This document shows, in pieces, positions 46,600-58,341 of a DNA stretch of 58,341 bases. The first letter of the stretch is position 1; every line of letters starts with the position of its first letter. The stretch comes from Eledone cirrhosa (Eukaryota): assembly GCA_964016885.1 (NCBI GenBank), contig CAXHJY010000209.1:1-58341 (forward strand), written 5' to 3'. The translations under genes were made by a program, and so were the position numbers. The notes below the pieces were generated by a model. That model was not told the DNA's origin. It saw only the letters and a list, made by a program, of their open reading frames with translations, and ran no database searches.

Positions 46600-47211
46600 A
46601 TATATATATATGGTTTTCCAAATAGAATCAGAAGGAATCCACAGTTAAATAAGGTACTCAATAGATTAGTAGAGAAGAAGCATATTCATTTTATATGGAA
46701 ATGTCTTCTACAAAACTAGAATTATTTCATTTGTATGAAATCATCAGGAATGTATATATATATCACCATCTTCATTTATCAGGGAAAACGGTCATTAATG
46801 ATGATGATGATGATGATGATGATGATAATATATAGGATCGTTGTTGAGTGGTTAGATTATTGAGCTCATAATTGTAATGTCATGAGTTCTGTTTCTGGAT
46901 CAGGCCATGCATTATATCTTTGAGCAATATATTTTATTTCACATTGATCCTGTCAATGCAGCTGTTAAAAGTGAGTTGCAACATCACTGGTGCCAAGCTC
47001 TATTGACTTTTGCCTTGCAAAATATCAGTGGTGTGCAGAATGAGGCTTAGTTGCATGAACAAGAACTGGTCTCCCACAGAAATACTTTCACCTAGCTTAC
47101 ACCTTGCAGAAGACCTTTTCAGGTGCAAACTCATTATCAGTTATTACCATAAGAGGCCTCATATATTAGTGTGTATGTGTAACTCTCATTCCCTCACCTC
47201 TTTCTCTCTCT

Positions 47212-47279
<68 letters not shown>

Positions 47280-47285
<6 letters not shown>

Positions 47286-47636
47286 GTGAGTTTTTTTTTT
47301 TGTTTTTTTTTTACAAAATGAAAAATAACCGAGGTGGAAGTATAAAGAAAAAGGGATGAAATCGAAAATGCAACTGAAGTCTTATTTTCTTTTAAAATAT
47401 ATATATTTATTTGGTTCCTTTACCAGTTTCGCAGTTCTTCTGCTTTTCAAAAGGTGAGTTGAGATGGAGGGTCTGTGGTTTTTCTCACATCAGATGTGAG
47501 AAAAACCACAGACCCTCCATCTCAACTCACCTTTTGAAAAGCAGAAGAACTGCGAAACCGGTAAAGGAACCTAATAAATATATATATTTTAAAAGAAAAT
47601 AAGACTTCAGTTGCATTTTCGATTTCATCCCTTTTT

Positions 47637-47643
<7 letters not shown>
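47280..47643. mobile_element. pLTR-like element forming a ~303 bp palindrome (47341-47643, centre 47492) with two U3-A8 HHRs
   Basis: HHRs at 47417-47454(-) and 47530-47567(+); TA-flanked. Confidence 0.85.
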
Positions 47644-47702
<59 letters not shown>

Positions 47703-49574
47703 GGGGAGGCGGCTTCTCATATTTTCGATGCAGTTAATTTGGTCTAGGAATAACAAGGTGAAAAACACTTTATCACTCTGCACACTTTCTTGAGCTTTTG
47801 CATAAACTTGGAAAAATAAACACCACCACATGCGTCAAATGGTGTTGATGTGAAGATGTACCTGGTAACTGACACACACCCATATATGTACGCACACATG
47901 CAGACACACACACACATAAACAAGCACAAACAAACACACACACACACAATTGTCTTTCTCACAATTTCCATTTAGTAATTGCAATCATAAATTATTGATC
48001 AGCCCAAGTCTATAAGACACTTTCCTAATATGCCTTGGAGTAGGATTGAACTAAAAATTGTATGGCTGCAAAGTGAACTTCTTAACTGCATAAACATACC
48101 TGCATCTATTACCATGCTTTTGTTTATTTGATGAATAATGTATTGCAAGATTTTAAGAAGATTGTAAACCCTTTCAATGCAATTAAAATCTCAAAAAGAA
48201 TTTCCAGATCTAGTTAATGATAAATGAATAGCTTTACAGAATCGTATTCCCTGTTGATTTTCTCTGAATACTTAATTGAATTTTACCTATCTATCATGTA
48301 TGAAACGCCATCACTATTAGAGATTAACTAAGCCTGGAAATAATTTGATACAAAAAATATCATATCTTTCTTTTTTTTCTTGATCTATTGATTCTTATTC
48401 TTGTTTGCAGCATTTTACTGCTTTAAACTAATAAGATAACTATCAGCATGCTGAACTGTCAGTGAGAAGAGATTAAGACATTAAATTCCATTCCAAGACT
48501 TCCAATTTGAATATTCTGACAGATTTATAGATTTCCAGCATTTTGATTGGAAGTTTTATGTCTTAATTAAACACCGAACATTTCAATATAAGTAACTCAG
48601 AGCTGTCTCTGATTTAATGAACGAGGGGTGATAAAAAGTTTGAAATTTATGGTCATAATAGTTTGTAAATCAGTTGAGTTCATTGTCTGAAGTGACCAAT
48701 AGAGACCTTAGAAGGTATCCATTTTGACCTTTAGGTCATTCATTGTTATCAGAATTCAACAGCAAGAAGGAAATTGCATTTGCAATTATTGTTAACATGG
48801 AGTCAATAACATAATTGAAATGCATCTTCACTGCTTCTTAGAGGCAATTATCAATTGAACTGTCAGAAAGCCTATGAGAAGCTTGAAGTATGCAAATACG
48901 TGTCAAACATTAGAAAACTCCAATGACAGAATGCAAATGATTAACATTATCCTTTTCACATATGCCGGATCCATGTTGGCATGATTTATTTGGGTTTGTG
49001 ATACAACAATCTTTCACACATTTAAACCAATGCCACACACCACTCACATTCTCGCTCTATCTCTCTCACCCGCTCTCTCTCTCTCTCTATATATGATTTG
49101 TTGATGTATTTTCTCATGTTCACAGCTACATTACTTCACATAAAATTTGGTTGTTATTTTTATGACTTGATGCTTTTCCTATGTTCAGCCTATATGTAAA
49201 TAATTTAATCTAAAATGTGTGCATACTATGCAAGTCAGCTGTTATTGCAATGAACTATTGAGGCAACTTCTCTGTGGTTATTCAAACTGAGAAACAACCA
49301 AATCTCCATCCAAACACACACTACTATTTTCAAAAGGAAGAATATATTTGTTCTCACTTAGTTAGAAATAAGAAAACTTTTCTGGGTTTTCAAGTTTTGA
49401 GGGAAGTAGAGAAGGTATCCTCAAGCTAAAGACTTAGCCCAAATTAATCAACAAAGTGGACATCATTAAAAGCGATGAAAGGCCAGTAGAAGAATAAATA
49501 TTCATAGATATATTTGGGTTAGGAATTTACTTGGTATTATAATATTCTTTACTATTAGAGTCCTAAGCTCGACA

Positions 49575-49702
49575 AGGCTAGTTTTGCCTTTCATCCTTAT
49601 GGGATCAACAAAATAAAGCACCAGTAATGCACTGGGGTAGATTCAATCGACTTCCCTTCCCCAAAAATTGTTAAACTTATGCCTAAATCAGAAACCATTA
49701 TT
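49575..49702 (+). mobile_element. Degenerate SINE 3' half
   Basis: ttttgcctttcatccttatgggatcaacaaaataaagcaccagtaatgcactggg. Confidence 0.7.
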
Positions 49703-51040
49703 AATGAACGCCTACCTGTACCTTGAATTCCTTTCTAAACTCATTTCCTACTCTCTTTTTGCTGTTAGCTCCTCTGAACATAGCTTGCACTGCTCTCACA
49801 AGTCATTCTTCTACACGTCATTTCCTTAAGAACCACCAGATAATAGATCGAGCTACTCTGTCAATTGCCTTCTATAGATAAAAAAAAAAGCTAAATATAG
49901 TGGTCTATTTTTGGCTAGGAACTTCTCTTGTAATTGCCTCACTAAGAAGAGGGCATCTATAGTACTTTTCCCAGGCATGAAACCAAACTGCATCTCATCT
50001 ATTTTGATTAATTTCCCTAATTAACTGCACAATAACTCCTTCTGTCACTTTCATAACTTAGTCTATTAGTTTTATGTCTCTATAGTTGCTCCTTTCTAGA
50101 GCATCACCTTTGCCCTTGTAGCAATTTATGATTGTACTGCTGTTTACCAGTCATTGGGCATGACTCCATCATGTATTACTTGATTTACTATACAAGTTAC
50201 TAGTTTGATTCCTATCTCTCTCGAATCTTTTAGCACTTCTGTATCTATTTCTGATGGTCCTGCAGCTTTACCATTCTTCATCTCCTTGATTGTGTCTTTG
50301 ACCCTAAAACTGCCAAATTCAATAGCTTGCCCTTCATTTGGGTAGGTTGGGGGTAGTTTCTCTTCCTCCCATTCATCAATCTCTCATAGTAACATTTCCA
50401 GGCCTCTTTCTTTTGGGCATCAGTGGTTTTAAGTGAACCAGCATCATTTTTAACACATTTTTCCACAACAGCATCTCAATTCAAACTAACACACAGGCCT
50501 TGCAATACAGAACACTTCTTGTCTCTGATTCTCATGTCTCAAGACATTGGCAAATTTACTTTCTTCAGCCTCTCTCTGAGCTGTGTATATCTTTCACTTA
50601 GCTTCTTTCTTAACTACTTGGTACTGGTCTGTGCTATCCTCATTGTTCCTGTCTTTCCATGCCCGTCTCCTGGTTTTAATGGCTGTATCTACTGTGCTAT
50701 TCCACCACTTGATCCCCCTCTGTCTGGCTGGTGCTTTACTTCAGCCACATGTCTCACCAGTAGTTTGCAAAAGATTGTCATGTAAGAATTCTCAGTTGTC
50801 CTCTATGTTGTCTGTATCTAGCTCATCATCACTCTCAGTGTGCATCTCGGACAGCATTTCTAAACCTATATTTAACCAAGAGGTCCTTTAGCTTCCACAC
50901 CCTCTATCTCCATATTTTCCCACATGTCTTGTTCTGTCTTTTGTTTATTTTGATGTCTCTAATAACTAATTTCTGCTTGGCAGCGCATTCTTCCCCAGGG
51001 AAGGCCTTAGTATTTATTACAGTCCATTGGTCTTGTTTTC
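49703..51040 (-). pseudogene. Old degenerate RTE LINE fragment (linker plus RT N-terminal half)
   Basis: EKCVKNDAG...KKEAWK.YYERLMN, MKNGKAAGPS, INCYKGKGDALERSNYR.IKL, VQVGVH; many stops. Confidence 0.85.
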
Positions 51041-51242
51041 TATATATATATCATGCATAAATACACACAGATATATATATCAATTCCCATCCCTTTAAAA
51101 TATGGGCACATGTGTGTAAAAAATATGAAGGAAAATATGAATAAATCTTTTTTTGTTGTTATAAAACTGAAGGGTTTTGCTCATATTTTCCTGTTGTTAT
51201 TTTTATGGTGATGATATTTTTGCTGTTATTATTTTACTTATG

Positions 51243-51435
51243 GAGGTGGATTGGCAGTATCAGTAGAGGGTCGGACACCATGCTTTGACGCATAGAGTTA
51301 CGGCCCTTGCCATTCTGAATTCAAATCCTGCCGAAGTTAACTTTGCCTTTCATCCTTACGGGGGTCGATAAAACAAAGAACCAGTAATGCATTGGTTAAT
51401 TACTGGCCTTGTGCAAAAAGTAGAAACAATTATTT
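51243..51435 (+). mobile_element. tRNA-derived SINE (subfamily 2)
   Basis: Reverse-complement match to 13677-13873. Confidence 0.88.
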
Positions 51436-52055
51436 TACTTATAAATAATGTTTTGTTTTTTAAATTTTATTTTATTTGAATGTCAATCTAATTTTCTTTT
51501 AATCATGGAAACCACATTAACATAAACAATAGAAAGACGAATATAAAATGGAAACTATAGAATAACTGCATTGATATTGTACCCACCACTTGTAGAAATC
51601 TATATCCATGACAGATCTTACTGCAACATGCTTTGATCTATTTAGGTAATATTCAGTGAACAAAACACTACTTAACTAGACAATATACACTTATCAACAG
51701 TAAATGTATTAACTAGACAATGTTCATAGATCAATAGTGACTCTATGACAACTAGACAATGCTTGTAAGATCAATAGGAAATTTTATGTTTTGTTCTTGC
51801 ATTTACATTTGTAGCCAGAATTTGGAGGTAATGCAGTACCCAAGGTTTCTTTTCAAGCTTTTCTACACATTTCATGTTTAGAATATGTATGGCTAATACA
51901 TCAGTGATTGCAGCTTAAACATGAAAAGACAACCAAATATCCTTTGTGCTCCCATTTTAGTTCACGCCTAATTTATCTCAAAGCTAATTGTGAAGGTTTA
52001 AGAATCACAAATGGATGAAAGCAAAGTGTGCATGGTGTTACTAATGTTCTGTCCA

Positions 52056-52090
<35 letters not shown>

Positions 52091-54002
52091 GTGTGTATGT
52101 GCCAGAGGGATTTATATAAGGCTGTGGATTGGCAAGTATATTAAATGGCAGATGGAATGTATTGTGATATTCATACTGATTTTCTGCATCCTGAGTTGAA
52201 ATACCCTTCATCTTTCCAGAGTGTATAAGTAAAGTACCAATCAACTACCTGGGTTGATTCTTCTCTTGCTCTTGCTCTCCTTTTGTCTCTCTTGGAACTA
52301 GATATGTTGCATTATAAGAAAAGTCTGGGGAGATTACTTACAGCATCCCTTTCTCCAGAAATGTAGAAGGGTTCATTAAGCATCTAACATCAACTTCTTA
52401 TTGATAAAGCAAAAATGCCACAGTAAATATTGAAGGACAGATCTATTTATAGTAGAAGACAAAACTGAAATAAATGTAGTCAGTTTATATCAACTATTAT
52501 AATAATATACCATGTGTGTTTGTATATTTGTTTATATATTTATATCTGTCTGTAACTTTTAAAAATTTTCTCACAGAAACATACATGCATACAAACACAC
52601 TATGCATTTCCTATCCTATGTTGCTACAATAAGAGGTTCACTTTCCAATAATAAGGTCCTGGGGTCCCCCTTAATAGTTGTTTCTCTAATGCTATTCATA
52701 AATTTAATTCTGCATGTTATTTGTACATATATGCTCAACATTTATGTAATTACACCACTGAAATAAATTATAAAATATTCTAACTTTTAATCCTTTCCAC
52801 GTGCCAGTAATCAACATAAACTATAGGGTTTCTCTAATGCAAATTTTTAATTTATCAAAACACACATTTCCCAATTTGTTTGATTGTTTATATGACTGTT
52901 AATCCTAGTATATATGGCAAAATTTAATACAATAAATTCTATTGGCATGATTATCAATAGCACAGGTCCATCCTTATATAACAGCACACTGCAGACACCT
53001 GGTTTTGTACCCGTATATATGCAGAACTAATGGAACTACAGTATGATCGTTTTATACAGTAAAAAGAAATAAATATCTAACACTCAGACAATGTCAAAAT
53101 GGGTCTCAGTTAGTAGACTACTAAAAAACTTTTTTGATACCAACCTTTGATATCGCCCTTAATTTATCATACATGATTTATGAAACTGTTCATCTTAAAA
53201 TGCTTATCTATATATTAAAACTTTCCATCATAATTTTATTTTTGTTAAATATCAACTTTCAAATGAAAAACGTAGTTATTTTACTGAATTCTTCCAAATT
53301 TTTGGTTATATTCAAAATTAATTCAAACAGATAGACAATGTATATCATTAGAAATCTAGTAATGAAACGATTAAAAACTGCCTATTTTAACACCCCCAAC
53401 TGGTCATTGGATGGTTTTAGTGGAGTTCATTATTTTGCAAACATTTCGGTGAGACCTCAGCCAAGTTCCCTTCTATCTATCAGGCAGGGATTCAGTGACC
53501 ATAATCTCATCAAACTGGCAGTGCCTCCAAATGTCATCGCTGCTGCCTCTTCTCTTCTATCTCACTTATTTAAATAAATATTCACAACACAATCATTAAA
53601 AAGGATATTTGCATAAGAAAGTTTAACAAAGAAAATTGGTAAATTCATTAGAGCCAAGTACAGAAAGCCAGCTAGTATTTGTTCCAACCCACACCCTACA
53701 CTTTGAAAGTTTGAATAGTATGAAGGTAAAAATTGCCTTTCATCCTTTTAGGATCAATGAAATAAAGTATCAATCCAGAGGAGTATCACTAAAGTATAAG
53801 ATGATTTATTTCTGTTCGAACATTTATGCAATTTTTTCCTAGAAATAAATTATTAAAATATCATTCTTATCTCTAATCAATATCATGTATCAGTAATCAA
53901 CATGAACTATAAGGTTTCGCTTATGCAAGGCTTATACATTGTAGTTATACCTACATTAAATTAATCTTAGATTTTCTAATATACACTGTGTTGTGCATAA
54001 AT

Positions 54003-54204
54003 ATATATTATCTAATATGTACTGCATGTGGATGAACATTATGCTAATGAGACTGACAGTTTCATTGAAGTGCTAGTTTTTATTTGATCATCATCATCAC
54101 CATTATCAGGATATATTATATATATTATCTAATATGTACTGCATGTGGATGAACATTATGCTAATTAGACTTACCATTTCATTGAAGTGCTAGTTTATAT
54201 TTGA
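54003..54204. repeat. Local ~85 bp direct duplication (period ~117 bp)
   Basis: atctaatatgtactgcatgtggatgaacattatgctaat..tttcattgaagtgctagttt occurs twice. Confidence 0.85.
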
Positions 54205-57200
54205 TATAAATAACATTTGACTAAAACTCTCTTTCTGAATAGAAGTAAAAGAATACTTGTCTACTGATGACTGGTCAATTAGCTGTGAAGCAGTTAGAGA
54301 CAATCTTATATTTTTCTGTGTACAATGAAGACAACAGATGTTTTTTTGTTTTTTTTTCCATATTTGTTTAAATTTCCACAAAATGAGACATACAAATATT
54401 AATTATAATCACATTAAATTTATCTTTGATTTCCTAATATATGTTGTGTTATGCATAAATATTTATTATTTAATATAATATACAACTTTATTAATGAATT
54501 GAAATGTGTAACACCTATAGATTATAACAACATAAGAGACTACAGAGAAAAGAACAATTTTAATAAGAAACTGATAATGAAACCTAAATTATATAAAAAA
54601 CATTCTGATGAATATTGCATTGCTTTATTCTTCAGTGTATTACAGCTGCCTTAACTTATATAACATGATGATTTAAGATTCACAATTAGAAGACCGTGTG
54701 TGTATGTTGCTACTGGTATATTGCTTTTGGAAACAAATTAAACTTTTCAAATAGATCCGTTCACTTAACTGTTAATAGACAAAAGTTATGAGTTGATAAA
54801 GTGTATACTCTCTTACTAATACTGTATTGTGTTAACAAATCTCTCAAAAGGCTCAGTCTACCTAAGTATAAATAGATGCACAAGATGTGTATATGCTGTG
54901 AAAAATGATATACTCTGTTACAAACACTGTACTCTGTCCATGGTGTTTAAAACATCTTTCATATAGCTCAGTCTACTTAGCTATAAATGCACAAGGTAGA
55001 ACAATTCATTGTTGTAAACAGCATCATTACCAAACTAGCAATACTTTGGAGCCAATGAGTAAGCCTCTAAATGGTTTCTCTACCTGCTAGAAATAACAGT
55101 GCTATCACCTTCATATTATGCCTTGCCATCTTAACTCTTTTGCTATCAACCTATCTCAAACTACCCATAGTTATATAAAATGAAACAACCCTTTTCAAAA
55201 TGTTCCTGTTTACCTTAAAACCTTCCAACATAATTTGATATCAGAACCATTTTTTAAGTTATGTTACTAATACCATCTTAATGAAACAATTCATCAGAGG
55301 ATATATTTTGAAAATATTATCCTGGATGCAATATGCTTAAACAAATGATGGAATAGTCAAAGATGGATCACCATTCACCAGAGCTGTTTTTTTCTGTTTT
55401 TTGTTTTGTTTTGTTTGTTTAGGGCTTAAACACTTAAAAGATTATAAAGTCTACAAAGAAAATATTTGTTTGCAATGAAAAATACAATTAATTTGAATAA
55501 AATGTTGCATCCCTTTTCTTAATGCCTTGAACATGCATTTATTTTGCCCTGCCTTTCTCTATAGGTATACTCGATCAGGCAGACATAAGGCTAAACAACA
55601 ACCAGAACTCATAGAAGTATAACCTCGATCAGAATGTAGTATATTAGGTTGACATGCCCCTGCTACACTACTCAGAGCCAAAGCTTGCTGTGAGATCCCA
55701 ACAACCAATACAACCTAGGATACAACAACTTTAATATATAAGCAAGAGATAGGATTCCTTATCAGTAAAACTTGATATCTTTTTATGGGTTTTTCAATGG
55801 TTCATTATCAGTGTCAACAAACTTTTGTAATAAATTTAATGCTAGTAGGAGAGGGTAGAACGATGGGTATACTGTAGTATGAAACAATATATCAGGATAT
55901 ATAGTCACACACTTACAACAATCTTGTTTAAATTGTTGATCTCATTAAAAAAGTGGGTTTGAAAATACCAGAACTTGTAAAGCTGGAAATGGGTTCATAT
56001 TAAATGGGAAATGTAGGACTTGTAATTATGGTAATAGGCCCAAGTCATAAATGAAATAAGTTACCTGAATTCAAACTATTCATTAAGTATTTTAGTAATC
56101 ATATTTTTCATGTATGGGTTACAGGTAGTATACACTTATACATGTAGTGTATATATTGCATTTAGTTATAAAACAGAATAAAAGAACTAGAATATTGGTG
56201 AAGTAGGCTTCCACAAAATTGTAGACTTATGCCAACTGGACAACCTGCTCCTCTTTCAGTTTAAAATTCAGCACTGCCTTTTCTTCAGACAAATCATCAT
56301 CCTTGTTTTTAAATTCAGGTTTTTCTATACTGGTGTGTGTTGGACAAAAAATGTTCCTGAAATCCATCTGTGGAATGTATTGCTTACACTGGACATAAAA
56401 TCACATCATCACTTGATTTAAATGTTGATAATAATATATATATACACACACACATGCACACACAATATATATATATTGAAATAGGAAGTGAGATGATAGT
56501 TACAAAGGTCCACAATAAAACTAAGGATTTTTAGTTTCTATCTATTCACTCACAGGACATTGGTTGAGCCATGGCTATAGACAAGCAAAAATTCATAGAA
56601 ATTAAATAGAATGCTTATTTTATTTTGGTCTTTTATTTTATAAATATGAAGAATAAAGGAATAAAACTATATTCATCAATGGAATTGACATAATTTAAAT
56701 CCTATGTTATATTCAAACAAGATAAAATATACAACATTGAATGCGGTAGACCTAATCCCTCCCCTTTAAAATAAAACGTTTGTCCAAGATGCTTCACACT
56801 GGAATAGAACCACAAATTACAAAGTTGCTAAGCAAACTTCTTAACCACACAGCAATGATCTTTCTTTTCCATCAGAGCAATATATATATATATTAAGAAA
56901 ATAAATAAACAAGAAAGATGTGATCTCTGCTAGAAGAGCACCAAAATCCCCTACTGTGGTAGTACTAAACAATGTGAAGAAAAGAAAAAGAGAACAGGGT
57001 ACAGAGGAGGTTGTTATTTCTGTGGGAAATAGAATATTAAGTCATCCTCAAGCCAGAGACATAGTCCAGAGAAAACTCTACTAAAAGCAACTAAGAGCCA
57101 TGCCATGGTAATATTAACCCTTTAGATACCAATCTGTCCAAAAAAACTTGATCTCTCAGAAATAAACCACCTGCTTTAAAGGGTTTCTATTTAAAAACTG

Positions 57201-58049
57201 AAGGCACACAGCCTGAGGGGTAAGGTGTTGGGCTCATGATCACAATGTTATGGGTTTGATTTGTGGACCTGCTGGTCATAACAATGAGTACTATGAGCAC
57301 CTACTATAAAAATTGACATCCTTCCCAGGCGAGAGCCTTGTACTTTCAGTCAGTTAACACTACTGAATCTAGAATAAGCCCTAGTTTGTTGAGTCAGCAA
57401 TGCTTGGGACAGACTTTAAGCATATTTTAACATATTTAAACTTAAAAACTTCCTAAATAATTTCAAAAGAATAATTTGTTAAAATATGTTATAAATGCCA
57501 TAAAGAAACAATTATTTATATTTGAAAATACTTTAAAATTCTTCATTATTTAATTGAAATATGGTGTATTTGATTGAAAATTTGGTCATGGAAGATTTAA
57601 CCCCAGGATATTGAAGGAAAACGGGAGGAAGAAACCATAACATATAGGTTGTTGTTGTTAAGGTAGGAAGTAGAATAGGAAGTTGTTTCTCAGACCAAAG
57701 TCTAGTCCAAAAGGCAGTGGTGATGTGAAATCAGGGGATGGATTAGGTCTACCACCTTTGTTTTTGTATCTTTTATTTTGTTTGAACATTACATAGAATT
57801 TAAATTACTTCAATTTCATTGATGAATGGTGTATATTGCTTTATTCTTCCTATTTATACAATAAAAGCACCGAAATAAAATAAGCATTCTATTTACTTTC
57901 TATGAATTTTTGTGCTTTCAATGACTGTTTCCATTTAGTTTCTATAGAAACCATATAAATATTTATGTATTATGTTTATATTCAGTCAAATAGTTTATTT
58001 ATTTTTGTTTCTTTCTTTTAAGTTACATTACCTTATATAAATCCAATTA

Positions 58050-58095
58050 TGTGTGTATGATATATATAGTTATATATACATATATATATATGTAT

Positions 58096-58128
<33 letters not shown>

Positions 58129-58215
58129 GTTATATATACACACACACATATATATATATATTTAAATATTTGTGTGAATGTGTATCATCATCATCATCAT
58201 CTTGTATATAATGTT

Positions 58216-58260
<45 letters not shown>

Positions 58261-58341
58261 ATATGTCACTGCATGTGTATTCATTTATATATCTATTTAT
58301 TTATGTGATTATCTGCATATACATATTTGTATGTATGAAGG
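58050..58341. repeat. Mixed TA/CA/TG/CAT microsatellite
   Basis: Direct reading. Confidence 0.9.

Noticed and set aside
48360-48420. Polypyrimidine tract plus tttgcag as a host 3' splice site
   Set aside because: No convincing downstream exon frame or donor; a host gene cannot be supported from sequence alone.
48620-48920. acgaggggtgataaaaagttt resembling a mariner TIR
   Set aside because: No partner TIR or transposase frame recognisable; too degenerate to call.
53436-53487. ctgcCTGATAGA...GAAAtgtttgca (minus) as a hammerhead
   Set aside because: The core has an extra base and there is no credible stem II or III.

Overview
AT-rich eukaryotic (animal) genomic DNA. The SINE and RTE families resemble those of octopod cephalopods, which is an inference from recall. 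I found no supportable host gene, and most ORF-track entries are YI/IY microsatellite artefacts. Bases ~1-47.7 kb are a dense retroelement nest embedded in long (TA)n arrays. The nest contains: (i) four Naiad-type Penelope-like elements (PLEs), two with RT plus C-terminal GIY-YIG and two endonuclease-only 3' fragments; (ii) two copies of a GC-rich Neptune-like PLE; (iii) about ten further solo or non-autonomous pLTR-like pieces; (iv) RTE-clade LINEs, two with 5' inversions; (v) tRNA-derived SINEs. Read by eye, the nest holds type I hammerhead ribozymes (HHRs) from more than ten unrelated families, including two families with a compensatory U3-A8 core. Several 100-370 bp fold-back palindromes turn around inside or next to an HHR. 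The (TA)n arrays are punctuated by a strand-polarised CAA (TATA-CAA-TATA on +) over ~45 kb, whatever the orientation of the flanking elements, which may reflect a directional repeat-building process. Bases ~47.7-58.3 kb are ordinary intergenic or intronic DNA with old repeat remnants.
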